Virus record (IMG/VR): IMGVR_UViG_3300011116_001227
Direction: 5' to 3' (one strand)
Source of the DNA: a virus
Lineage: Duplodnaviria; Caudoviricetes
Length of the DNA: 64,000 nt
Within the stretch, counting starts at the first letter, position 1, and every line of letters starts with the position of its first letter. Positions 28,501 to 37,182 of this stretch are shown in pieces. The position numbers and the translations under genes are program-made. Under the pieces are notes generated by a model. That model was given only the letters and a program-made list of their open reading frames with translations. It was not told where the DNA came from and ran no database searches.

Positions 28501-28625
28501 CTGCTTTTTGTAGAATCAGGAAGTGCTACAGTTGTGTCAAGACCTCTAATTTTTCTCTTGACAATTGGGCCACTCTTAAAAAGTCTTGTTAATTTTTGAA
28601 AAAGAGATTGTTGATTTTTAGCCAT
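25509..28625 (-). CDS. gp20: Portal protein (T4 gp20-like) interrupted by an intein
   Basis: RYQDFVEMEY|...|TPEIASALDIYADE, EDAMLVYRVVRAPERRVFYIDV, EDYFIPVRG, TLAQEDIRFSRTI. Confidence 0.93.
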   Translation of the reverse strand: MAKNQQSLFQKLTRLFKSGPIVKRKIRGLDTTVALPDSTKSSGTLLFQKSVAPTYTTITANAYNLSERMMRYQDFVEMEYCLHGDTLIAVPDGYKKIKDLAEECSSDPDKTFLVYSYDHNLGRIIPAWGKQARQTRTDHAYTVTFDNGQKIIGTPNHRLMKRDGTFCKIEDLKAGDAMMPFYRRDLFNGCKEEGEGYRWIYTMDRRSKMNGWVSEHRVVGEMIKGSPLTNDEVVHHKNFIKYDNRPENLQVMTSEAHQKLHAEILNGAKWSEQNSDWIQQFKINHSKFMSENNPAERKDITFGRILEVAERTNFNSRKMCEVLDTDPNVIKRKLRKHGYQDFQTFAKAYNPDWHNAGWSNQGENNPRYNHSVTFDRICSIFSKGMSKKDLIQSLGTTDTILSKRLAEQGYKNYTEFSHNYENLKVASIDYHGVIPLYDLTVDGYKNFATDTVISHNTPEIASALDIYADETCAQDERGRVLHIHSENEKIKEVLEELFYDILNVEFNLRSWARNLVKYGDFFLYCDVSPEHGVINVFPIPVNEILREENYDPDDPMAIRYKWVTMGNKTLENWEVIHFRLLGNDAFLPYGSSIVEAARRIWRQLILIEDAMLVYRVVRAPERRVFYIDVANIPPENVPMYVEEQRKNLRSSQVIDRATGRVDLRYNPLSVDEDYFIPVRGGESGTKIDTLAGGQNAAAVEDVAYIQKKLFAALKIPKAYLGYDESLSSKATLAQEDIRFSRTIAVIQKTLLAELNKIAIIHLYSHGFDDEDLQNFVLRLPNPSTIAQQQKLELWRSKFEIAGSAPEGQMSKEFIRKEIWGLSNEQCDKIDDQRLKEKMVDQAIESAKPEGEEDSSGEETSTEPEGEESGEGGAGEEETGGEEGGGEDLFAGDNPEDEGDKRDLLLSSDDPDNDDEDFSIKFNLKDIDTPVKAQRQIDRIRRNRARIRHAGPAKLHMPKWEDSLSSDDLAMTDPYDMKGINNALSNPFKESRTRVGIDVMSALKKMASSPTFQKSIATKNLLSEVTGIELDDSDNEELQ
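27258..28385 (-). mobile_element. Intein (376 aa) with HNH endonuclease in the portal gene
   Basis: Begins CLHGDT (Cys at 28385), has block B GTPNHRLM, HNH motif HHKNFIKYDNRPENL, ends YDLTVDGYKNF...ISHN (27258), followed by Thr as the +1 nucleophile. Confidence 0.92.
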
Positions 28626-28705
28626 AACTTTTGCCTCTTCACTTGTTGAAGCCGGCTCTTCACCTTGCGGGATTATATTAAACTATTATTGTTAGTAATT
28701 CAATA

Positions 28706-29020
28706 CTACTTTGCTGAAGGTTTAAATATTACACTTTGTGCTGCAGGATTTGACTTGCTAGATACATCAATATAGCTCATTGCATTTTTTGCAACATTGT
28801 CAAGTTTTGACGCTAAATCATCTAGAGCAGCTATTCCTACATGTGACTTGGCTGATTCAGATGAAGATTCTTTAAAAGAATTTATTGCACGAATTAAATC
28901 AGCAGCTGATTTCATAACTTTAGAACCGGCTGTGATATCAGCAGCATCATGTCCTTCAGTAAGATTTTGAATCTCTTCTTTGATTATTTGCTTAAGCTGT
29001 TTAGCAGTAATTTTATGCAT
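28706..29020 (-). CDS. Small putative head protein with KITxxxLKQIIKEE motif
   Basis: MHKITAKQLKQIIKEEIQNLTEG. Confidence 0.65.
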   Translation of the reverse strand: MHKITAKQLKQIIKEEIQNLTEGHDAADITAGSKVMKSAADLIRAINSFKESSSESAKSHVGIAALDDLASKLDNVAKNAMSYIDVSSKSNPAAQSVIFKPSAK

Positions 29021-29050
29021 TGCAATTGTTCCTGGGTATATGTATCTTCT

Positions 29051-30673
29051 TCACTTGTAGAGCCAAGAAAAATCTGAATTGTCTGTTTGATTTGTTGATT
29101 CGGAATGATTTTGATTTCCAAATGGTGACATACTTCTAATTTGAGGATGGACTGGCATCATAGTATTTCTATTGCCTGGCAATCCTATTGCATCGCTTAC
29201 AGATCTACTTCCTCTTGAAGTAGCTTTTAACATTGCATAAGCCATATTTGATGCTTGATCGTTACCCGAACTCTCACCCGCTGTCAGCCACATTCCAATA
29301 GCGATACTGATTATAAGATCATCGTGTGCATCTTTTGATGCCATCGCTTTTGAACCATTCCATACGAAGGCCTGCATTTGGTCGTAAAGTCGCTGAGAAT
29401 AAGATTTAATAACACCATTTCTTATCAACTCTTCAAGCTTTGCAAGCATTTGATGACGAGACTTGGCTTGTGTTGAAAATCCTGGAAGATCATCTGAATT
29501 TACTGGTCTATAATCGAATGGGTCACCTCTAGTACCACTGTAATACAGTCTTGGATATCCTGCATCTCTTAGCTTTACACACGTAAAGTAGCCGAAAGAA
29601 TTTTGTTCAGGACAGAGCAGGGCATCATTATAGAGTTTTCCATATTCAAAAAGAATATCAGCAAGTTTGTCGGGCGGAATTTTTCCCATAAATTCTGCAC
29701 AAACTTCGCAAGTTTCGTAATCAATTACATGAAAAGCTGAATAATCAGAAGCATCACCACGAGAGACGTCTGCTGAAATAACATATTTTTTGTTAACTTC
29801 AGGATTTCTCCAAATCCAAACACCGTTCTGAGGTCCGGACTTTGTAATTGGATTTTGAATCATCTCTCTCATTCTGTCAAGCTCACCCGGCTGAAGGAAT
29901 GTGTCGCCTGATGTGATAAAGTCGCATAAAAATTCTTGTGCAACTTTTCTTCTAGGAAGATTCCTTGTCTCTTTATCAAACCATTCTTGATCATGGTCAG
30001 GATGAACATACCATGGGAGTCTGATAGGATTAAAATCATTAAGACCTGATTCAGCTTCCGTCCACAACTTGTAATATTGACCACCTACACCGTTCGGTGT
30101 CGACAAAATAACAGCACTACCACCAGTTGAAAGAGTAGGGTAGAGACCGGTCCAGATGTCGTCAAAGTCTCTAATGAATGCAGCCTCATCAACAATAAGC
30201 AAGGCCAACGCTTCAGAACGTCCAGCGTCAGGAGAAGTCGGAACTGCTGTTATTGTCGAACCATTTGAAAATCTAATTGACTGTTTGGTTGGCTCAAATT
30301 TAGTCAACAATAACCATGCTGGAAGAGAATCAAGCATTGTCTTCACCTTTTTGATGAAGTTCATTGCAGTAGGCAATTTTGTTGCGATAACAAGAATATT
30401 CTTGTCTTTTTTAAAGAGTGCCATCCAGAGCGCATAAGCAGCAGTAACAGTAGACAAACCAAGCTGTCTAGATTTCAAAACAATGTTAAATCTACTTTCT
30501 TGAAAAGACTTGACACATTCATCTTGAAATTCATAAGTTTCAAAAGGAATTAAACCTTTAACTGGGTGCTGAATTTTCGTGTATTCTTTCATAAAATACA
30601 CGGGATTTTTTCCGCACTTTAAAATTTCTGAAACTTGCTGCTGTCTGTTTATATTGACTGGATTTTTACTCAT
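29051..30673 (-). CDS. gp17: Terminase large subunit (T4 gp17-like)
   Basis: VLKSRQLGLST (Walker A), LLIVDEAAF (Walker B), LSTPNG, ISADVSRG..DYSA nuclease motif, HDDLI. Confidence 0.95.
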   Translation of the reverse strand: MSKNPVNINRQQQVSEILKCGKNPVYFMKEYTKIQHPVKGLIPFETYEFQDECVKSFQESRFNIVLKSRQLGLSTVTAAYALWMALFKKDKNILVIATKLPTAMNFIKKVKTMLDSLPAWLLLTKFEPTKQSIRFSNGSTITAVPTSPDAGRSEALALLIVDEAAFIRDFDDIWTGLYPTLSTGGSAVILSTPNGVGGQYYKLWTEAESGLNDFNPIRLPWYVHPDHDQEWFDKETRNLPRRKVAQEFLCDFITSGDTFLQPGELDRMREMIQNPITKSGPQNGVWIWRNPEVNKKYVISADVSRGDASDYSAFHVIDYETCEVCAEFMGKIPPDKLADILFEYGKLYNDALLCPEQNSFGYFTCVKLRDAGYPRLYYSGTRGDPFDYRPVNSDDLPGFSTQAKSRHQMLAKLEELIRNGVIKSYSQRLYDQMQAFVWNGSKAMASKDAHDDLIISIAIGMWLTAGESSGNDQASNMAYAMLKATSRGSRSVSDAIGLPGNRNTMMPVHPQIRSMSPFGNQNHSESTNQTDNSDFSWLYK

Positions 30674-31098
30674 GACATATCAAAGATGTACGTTTTTCTA
30701 TAATACGCTGTTCTCTTTGGTGTGTGATGGTAACCACCGCCTATCATCTCAACAGAGTCAGATTCGTCAAATTTTTCTAGCTTCAAAGAATCTCCTGTTA
30801 ATTCTTTATAAGCTTTCTTAAGAGAACTTATTCTATCTTTTATAAGTCTATCTGCAGACTCTGATGATCTCTTCTTTGTGATCTGTGCCTCACCGCTAGA
30901 AGAAAAATTAATAATGTCAATATAAGTTACCGTCAGTCTTGATCCAAAGTCTCCAGATTTTTCATCTTTATCAGCCAAGTGTACTACACCTGAAAATGAA
31001 AATTTTACCGAATAAGATGAAGCTTTTGGAGTCGAAGATCTTCCCCATGTTGTATCTACAATATTGTTTAGTGCACTGAGATCAATTTTTTTTGACAT
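30670..31098 (-). CDS. Hypothetical protein, 142 aa
   Basis: ORF overlapping the terminase start by 4 nt (ATGA coupling). Confidence 0.6.
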   Translation of the reverse strand: MSKKIDLSALNNIVDTTWGRSSTPKASSYSVKFSFSGVVHLADKDEKSGDFGSRLTVTYIDIINFSSSGEAQITKKRSSESADRLIKDRISSLKKAYKELTGDSLKLEKFDESDSVEMIGGGYHHTPKRTAYYRKTYIFDMS

Positions 31099-31129
31099 AA
31101 CTTGCGCTCGCTGATACAGTAAATAGGTG

Positions 31130-31399
31130 TCACATTTTTAATTTAGACTTAATGTATTCTTTAGAGGGTCTCCAGTCAACTTTCCAGTCTTCAAGTTTAG
31201 GATAAATTATCTTATTGGAACAAGAATCACAGCACTCAAATTTTCTAAAAGACTCTTCGTCATAGTAAGAAGTCATAATTGTCTCGCAAAATGGACAAAA
31301 AAGCGGTGGTGAAGTTGAAGGATCCTTCTCTTTAATGACATAAAATCCATCACACTCTTTAATCAACCTGTCATTAAGATACGATTTCCACTCGCTCAT
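31130..31399 (-). CDS. Small Zn-binding hypothetical protein
   Basis: CPFC...CCDSC; coupled to the sbcC stop codon. Confidence 0.6.
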   Translation of the reverse strand: MSEWKSYLNDRLIKECDGFYVIKEKDPSTSPPLFCPFCETIMTSYYDEESFRKFECCDSCSNKIIYPKLEDWKVDWRPSKEYIKSKLKM

Positions 31400-33978
31400 A
31401 CGAACACCATCTTTGAATCTTTCTCGTTCTTTGTAATCTCTAGGATATGATCAGCAACATCCTTAATTCCGTCAACATGTGTGATCACCAAAATTAATCT
31501 AAAAAACTTCTTTAAACTTGTCAGTAATCTATTGCATGATTCAACGCCAGAATCATCTAATGTTCCAAACCCTTCATCAATGATGAACATGTCTGACTTT
31601 GACATCGAAGAAACATTCACCAATGCAACTCTTAGTGCAATAGAAGCGATCGTCTTCTCCATTCCAGAGCACAATTCAATTATTCTACGAGAATCTCCAT
31701 AATTGATGTAGATCTCAGATGCATCTGATTCATCATCATTCTCCAACTCAACTGAGAAATCTACGATTCCGTGGAGGATCTTTGAAATCTCTGCATTAAT
31801 GACCGGTAGCTGTGACCTTGTTATGATCAAAGGAATTCCTTTCTTTGAGAAAGATCCTGAAATGATCTCATATGTCTTCATCGACTTTAAGATAACATCT
31901 CTAGCTGTTCTCTCTGTAGATAATTTTTCGATATCTGAGAGGAGTTTTCCTCTCTGAGTTGCCAAGTTCATCCTGATCTCATCCGATGATTTGATAAGCT
32001 TAGTTAATTCTTCTATTTTCGACCTAATAGAAACTACTTCTGTATTTTCTTCATTTTTTAAAGCTTCTTGGAGATCGACCAAACGCTGCTGCGCTGTCTT
32101 TAGAGACTCATCGATCGAGTCACAAGAAGACCTAGACTTTTCTATCTCGGTTTCTTTCTTCGAAATTTCCAATTTAATCTTTGAAGAAAGCACTGAAGCT
32201 TTCTCTAATTTATCAATCTTTAATTCGATTGATTCTTTATTTAATGTAATGATCGAGTCTTTTAGTCTTGTCAGCTTTTTTAAAGTAGATGCAATCTTTT
32301 TATTTTGAGATTCAATTTTATCTCTACTTTGATGAGCATCTTTAATAAATTTACATGTGGGATAATCATCTCCACAGGGAACTTCGTCCAGAATCTTTAG
32401 AGATTTCTGGTGTTGATTGAGGATCGATGTTTCTTTGTCGTATAGATGATTTAACTCTGAAAGAGATCTTTCAAGCTCATTTATTGAAGAAAGTCTTCTT
32501 TTTAGATCATCAATGTCATCAGAAGACTCAACTTCTTCTACAATCATTAGCTTTTTCTTCAAATCAGTAATATCTGATGATAACATTCCAATCTTTGATT
32601 TGCAGTCTTGACAAGATTTAACTAATGTGTCAACTTTTTTCTCTTGCAATTGCACGTCAGTAGGCGTGACAACTTTTACTTCTTTGTGACAAGAAAGTTC
32701 TGTTCTCAAATCAGATATTTCAGTCTGATGCTGATTAATAGAATGGACTAGTTCATCAATTTTTGATTCAATAACGTCTATAGAATCTTGTGCTTGTTTC
32801 TTTAATTCATCCCAATTTCTATCAGGATAATTTTTTAATTGAGACTTAAAAGAATTTAAGTCTTTATTTGCAAGATCTGACATTTTGTCAAAAATGTCAA
32901 GTCCTAAAAATTTTGACAAATAAGCTCTTCTTTTTGTAGATCCTTGAGAGATAAAAGAATTGATATCACCCTGCGCTGACAAAGAAGTAATTGAAAAATC
33001 TTCGTGTGTCCCAATTAAAGATCTAATAGATTTTTCAGTATCAGTTCTTAAATCTCCACACAGATCCTCAAGTTCCCCGTCTTCTTGAGCTCTAAAGAAA
33101 TTTAAAGAAGTCGTAGCATTGACTACACCTCGTTTATTCGTAGATTTGGTTGTCTGTCTTTCCGCAATATAAATTTTTCCGTTATGATCAAATATTGCTC
33201 TAGAATAACAGTGAGGTTTTCTAATATTGCAAACATGAAGATTCTTTAAGGCGCCTCTATCTGTAGTGTTAAATAGTGTATAGACCATTGTCCCTACAAT
33301 TGAAGACTTACCCGTTCTATTTGGGCCAAAGATTCCAATGATGCCATTTAACTTAGAAAAATCAATTTCATTATCTTCACCGTAGGCAAAAGTATTGTCC
33401 CACTTTAAATGCTTTAAAGACCACGTAGAACCTCTAGAAAAGTCATCTGACGAAATGACAGTCGATAAGTATTTTTTAGTCTGACCAGCTAGAGCATCCC
33501 AGTCAACTTCTGTGTTGCCGTTCTCTTTGCAGTAAGTTTGAATTAAACTTAAAATTACCTCTGGTGAGTTTAAATCTGACTTTACAATCGTAGAAGTTCC
33601 CGCTTTAATGACTTCACTTTCTGCTTTGTATTCAGATTTAAATGTTACTTCTGTGGCAGAATATTTGTTTTTTAGCGTTTCATTTAGAAAACTAATATCA
33701 TCTTGACTAAGCGAATTAGGTGATTTAATTCTAAATCTTGACTGAAGTGGGTGATTTTTAACTTCTTTTAAGAAGTCTTCTTGAGAACCTGACCATTGAA
33801 TGGTAACAAAAGGTTTTGGATTAGGGAGCTTTTTAAATGTGACATCCCAATCATTCTCATCTTTGATATCCCAAAGAAGATAACCATGGTCCAACTCCTC
33901 TGCGTAATTCTGCTGCACCGGACAACCACTGTAAGCTATCCAAGGTTTTTTTACCTTTATTTTTATCTTTTTTCCCAT
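31396..33978 (-). CDS. sbcC: SbcC/Rad50 (gp46-like) ATPase with N-terminal C-half of the SbcD/Mre11 nuclease
   Basis: N-terminal WIAYSGCPVQQNYAEE..HGYLLWDI (SbcD C-terminal motifs); then GIFGPNRTGKSS Walker A, CxxC hook CPTC, CSGMEK signature, FIIDEGFGTLD Walker B, VITH. Confidence 0.9.
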   Translation of the reverse strand: MGKKIKIKVKKPWIAYSGCPVQQNYAEELDHGYLLWDIKDENDWDVTFKKLPNPKPFVTIQWSGSQEDFLKEVKNHPLQSRFRIKSPNSLSQDDISFLNETLKNKYSATEVTFKSEYKAESEVIKAGTSTIVKSDLNSPEVILSLIQTYCKENGNTEVDWDALAGQTKKYLSTVISSDDFSRGSTWSLKHLKWDNTFAYGEDNEIDFSKLNGIIGIFGPNRTGKSSIVGTMVYTLFNTTDRGALKNLHVCNIRKPHCYSRAIFDHNGKIYIAERQTTKSTNKRGVVNATTSLNFFRAQEDGELEDLCGDLRTDTEKSIRSLIGTHEDFSITSLSAQGDINSFISQGSTKRRAYLSKFLGLDIFDKMSDLANKDLNSFKSQLKNYPDRNWDELKKQAQDSIDVIESKIDELVHSINQHQTEISDLRTELSCHKEVKVVTPTDVQLQEKKVDTLVKSCQDCKSKIGMLSSDITDLKKKLMIVEEVESSDDIDDLKRRLSSINELERSLSELNHLYDKETSILNQHQKSLKILDEVPCGDDYPTCKFIKDAHQSRDKIESQNKKIASTLKKLTRLKDSIITLNKESIELKIDKLEKASVLSSKIKLEISKKETEIEKSRSSCDSIDESLKTAQQRLVDLQEALKNEENTEVVSIRSKIEELTKLIKSSDEIRMNLATQRGKLLSDIEKLSTERTARDVILKSMKTYEIISGSFSKKGIPLIITRSQLPVINAEISKILHGIVDFSVELENDDESDASEIYINYGDSRRIIELCSGMEKTIASIALRVALVNVSSMSKSDMFIIDEGFGTLDDSGVESCNRLLTSLKKFFRLILVITHVDGIKDVADHILEITKNEKDSKMVFV

Positions 33979-34865
33979 AACTTCTTAGTCAAAACTTTTG
34001 AAAAATTTTCACTTATTATTTCTGATTCCCAAAATCTTAATAGATGTAACCTTGCATCTATTGCAAGCTGATTTTTTATGTTATCATTAACAAAATTGTA
34101 CTCTTGGATGTGATCTTTTTCTTTGTATAGAGACGGATTTGCATGCCAATAATCACCATCACATTCAATCAATATTTTCATCTCAGGAATATAAAAATCA
34201 AATTCTCTCTTTACTAAATCTAATTCAAGAGTGTAGGGATGAACAAATTGTATTTGTAAAGAAGTTAATAACTCATATACTATTTTTTCTATTCTCGTGT
34301 CTCTTTTAGGAATAGCTTCTTTTGCAATCTGCTGACTTGTTTTTCCGTATAACTCAATATTCGTTTTTTCACATTTTTTACGAACATCCCTGTTTGACCA
34401 CGGATGTTTAAATCCATATTTTTCTTCGCACGTTTTCTTACGTTTTTCTTTACTAAACTCAAGTTGTCCTAGAGAACAACCTGTCTCTTTTTTTCTTCTA
34501 TCAGAAACTTGTTTCATTAATTCTGAATGATTAATGACGTTTTCCTCTTTACTCCAATATATTTTTTGAGATTCTCTTACAAGGCTTCTTGTTTCTTCTG
34601 ATGGAGAAATTCCGTACATCGGATTATTTTCACCAATGTATGTTATTTTTTGATGATCATCTTTACACGATCTTGAACAATATCTCTTATTTTTTTCGGA
34701 TTTCCAATCCTTACAAAAAACAAATTCTTCTTGACAATTTTCACATTTCTTTTTTTCTCTAGCTGCCTTAGTATTCTGCTTTGCTACACCTACAGCTTGA
34801 CATTTTCTACTACAATAACTCTTTTGTTTTGCAAGTTGTTCATCGCAGTTATTACATTTTTTCAT
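33963..34865 (-). mobile_element. Free-standing homing endonuclease (Zn-finger repeats, NUMOD3-like, DUF559/Vsr-like nuclease)
   Basis: CNNC...YCSRKC and CENC...YCSRSC; NPMYG..SEET; KTCEEKYG/KTNIELYG repeats; FDFYIP..KILIECDGDYWH...LLRFWES. Confidence 0.85.
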
Positions 34866-34870
34866 TGTAA

Positions 34871-34877
34871 TAACTAT
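34871..34877 (-). promoter_or_regulatory. Putative late-promoter motif in front of the endonuclease that splits sbcD
   Basis: Minus strand ATAGTTA 5 nt upstream of the ATG at 34865. Confidence 0.4.
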
Positions 34878-34902
34878 ACCTGCTCAACAAAATCTTGCTG
34901 AA

Positions 34903-35553
34903 TTATTCAATGATGGTACATCCAGGATATTTGTATAAATCATCTTCATCTATCTCTATTTCTACTTCTCTAAAATCAAGATACTGAGTCTTGTGAATGT
35001 CACCGAGAAACACATAAGGATAATCTTTAAAAAACTCAACCTTCAACTGTGCTTCATCTAGTTCCCATCCAGATTCAGTAACTGCACCGTGAACAGGACC
35101 ATGATAACATGCAATGTTGATCTTACCAGGTTCTGGTTTGACATTCTTCCACCCCTCTTCGTCAAAGAGTGAATAAACACACCAATTAAATCCAGGTTGA
35201 AACTCATAAACGCCGCTCTTCTTATAGAGATGAACCTTGGGATTATTTAATGCTGTTACGATAGGAGACACGGCATCTTGTCTGGACAGATTAGTCAAAT
35301 TGCCATCATGATTTCCTAAAGTTAAATGAACTGGTGCTACTTCAGCCATTGCTTCGAGCCACCAAGTTAATTGGTCAATATACTCGGGTGAGATGCCAGT
35401 TGTTTTGGTATGGAAAATGTCGCCACCGACAAAGATATGATCGACTTTATTCTTCTTGCAATCTTTTACAAATGCTGTAAAAACTTCTCGATATTCATCG
35501 TGACGACTTAAACCACGCCAATGTATGTCGGCAGTATGTGCAATCTTTAGCAT
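34903..35553 (-). CDS. sbcD: SbcD/Mre11 (gp47-like) nuclease, N-terminal fragment
   Basis: HTADIH, GGDIFH, LGNHD, CYHG, LGDIHK metallophosphoesterase motifs; ends before the AYSG motif, which lies in the next-but-one ORF. Confidence 0.9.
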   Translation of the reverse strand: MLKIAHTADIHWRGLSRHDEYREVFTAFVKDCKKNKVDHIFVGGDIFHTKTTGISPEYIDQLTWWLEAMAEVAPVHLTLGNHDGNLTNLSRQDAVSPIVTALNNPKVHLYKKSGVYEFQPGFNWCVYSLFDEEGWKNVKPEPGKINIACYHGPVHGAVTESGWELDEAQLKVEFFKDYPYVFLGDIHKTQYLDFREVEIEIDEDDLYKYPGCTIIE

Positions 35554-35614
35554 CTAAGTTATAAGCATACAATGCTTTTATTGTCATGTTTAAATCTAGT
35601 CAATATAAACATTG

Positions 35615-36589
35615 CTAAAATACAAAGCTAGACGAAGTTACTTTTTCGAGTCTATTTGAAAATAAGTCGACCCATTCCATGGGTTTTGCATTTATAAGTG
35701 CATCTTCAAATTGTTTTTTCGTCATTGCTCCTGGATCTCCCCACGGTCTTACATCTACAACGATTACATCAACGTTGTATTCTTTCAATTTTTTAACGAT
35801 TTTTGGAGTTTTCTTGTTCCACATATCACCGTCAAGAGCGAGAGCGACAGGTGTTTGATGGATTAAAATTTTATTGAAGAGTTCGTGTCTTTCGTCTAGA
35901 TCAGAACCAAGAAGAGCTGTTGAATTTTCAGTACATTTAACTAAATCAAATGGACCTTCACATAAAACAAGTCTTTTAGACCAGTCGATGTTGATCTCAT
36001 TAAAAACAATTGGATTTTTATCTACATCAGGATTGTCATACTTCGGTCTTCGTGTAGGATCAATAGCTCGAGCAGCAAAATAGTTTAAATGTCCTCGATT
36101 ATTAAAAGAGGGCATTATAATTCTTCGCTTCCATCGAGTCTCATTTGACAAACCAAACTTGAAGTACCAAGCATCCTTCTCGGTTAGACCTCGACTTTCA
36201 ACGTAGTTCCAAGCTGCTTTAACATCCGGATCTGAAGTACTTGAAAGTGTCAGTAGACAAAAATCTTTTGGCAGTTCTATCTTCTTTTCTGCTTCAACTT
36301 CTGCAGTGATTATTTTAGAATCACCTAATCCAAAGAGTTCTTTGTAAGAACTTAACTGTGAATTTGTTCCATATTTTCTGATAAGAGGAGCGAGGCTTCT
36401 AGCCTTCCATCCGCAAGTCCAGCAATGATTAGCATCATCAGACGTTCTAATTGCAAGTTTCTTTTTGCTGGCATCTGAAGGAGAACAAATTGGACAGCGA
36501 ACGTCAAAATTCTTACCGTTTCCAGAAAGTCGACCTCTTCCAAAGATCGATTCATAAAAATTGATTTTATCAGTCAGCGAAAAAACCAC
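35615..36589 (-). CDS. DNA primase (Zn finger plus TOPRIM)
   Basis: CPIC...HCWTCG zinc finger; RIIMPS, YFAAR, LCEGPFD, ALDGD TOPRIM motifs. Confidence 0.88.
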   Translation of the reverse strand: MVFSLTDKINFYESIFGRGRLSGNGKNFDVRCPICSPSDASKKKLAIRTSDDANHCWTCGWKARSLAPLIRKYGTNSQLSSYKELFGLGDSKIITAEVEAEKKIELPKDFCLLTLSSTSDPDVKAAWNYVESRGLTEKDAWYFKFGLSNETRWKRRIIMPSFNNRGHLNYFAARAIDPTRRPKYDNPDVDKNPIVFNEINIDWSKRLVLCEGPFDLVKCTENSTALLGSDLDERHELFNKILIHQTPVALALDGDMWNKKTPKIVKKLKEYNVDVIVVDVRPWGDPGAMTKKQFEDALINAKPMEWVDLFSNRLEKVTSSSFVF

Positions 36590-36621
36590 AAATTTAATCT
36601 AACACGAAGAACTTAGACTGT

Positions 36622-37182
36622 TCATTTTTTGATCAAACTTGCAGCACGTGCAATCACATAAGCATCAGTCATATCTCTACTGGCGTCTATTGGCTCACCA
36701 TTTTTCTTAGTTTGCCACTGAATATGACTTAAATCATTTTCAGACATGTACTTAAATACTTGCTCTTTTCCGTTCATGCCTGCAATAGCAGTTTTCTGCA
36801 TTTTGATTCCACAAATCTTTCTTGCTGTAGAAGAAGAAATATATTCGGGATCAATCTTAAAAACTTCTCTAGAAATGTAGGACACTATTCCATTAAATCT
36901 CATGAGAGTCGTGATGGTCGCAGCAGAAGACATTCCAGTGCGAAATCCCATAAGAGGTTCTTCAAGAACAACTCTATAATCTCCAGGGAATCTTTTTGCA
37001 AGATCGAAGAATTCAATAGCAATTTTATCAGCTTTTTCCCAAAGTGTCTTGCACTTCTTAAAGTCGACTCGATCAAGATAAGTAATGTGGGCACCTTTAG
37101 AGTCAGGAATAATCCCAGGGTCTAGAATACATACCCCTGTCACAGAAGTCGAAACATCGAGGCCGAGGATCAAATTACCCAC
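36622..37182 (-). CDS. RuvC-like Holliday junction resolvase
   Basis: ILGLDVSTSVTG, VLEEP, terminal DMTDAYVIA acidic catalytic motifs. Confidence 0.8.
   Translation of the reverse strand: MGNLILGLDVSTSVTGVCILDPGIIPDSKGAHITYLDRVDFKKCKTLWEKADKIAIEFFDLAKRFPGDYRVVLEEPLMGFRTGMSSAATITTLMRFNGIVSYISREVFKIDPEYISSSTARKICGIKMQKTAIAGMNGKEQVFKYMSENDLSHIQWQTKKNGEPIDASRDMTDAYVIARAASLIKK

Noticed and set aside
29051-30673. Intein in the terminase
   Set aside because: 540 aa with continuous ATPase and nuclease motifs; no Cys...His-Asn insertion.
33963-34902. Group I intron interrupting sbcD
   Set aside because: Only 37 nt lie between the sbcD stop and the endonuclease start, and the endonuclease overlaps the downstream start, leaving no room for a ribozyme core. 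The N-fragment has its own stop and the C-fragment its own ATG.
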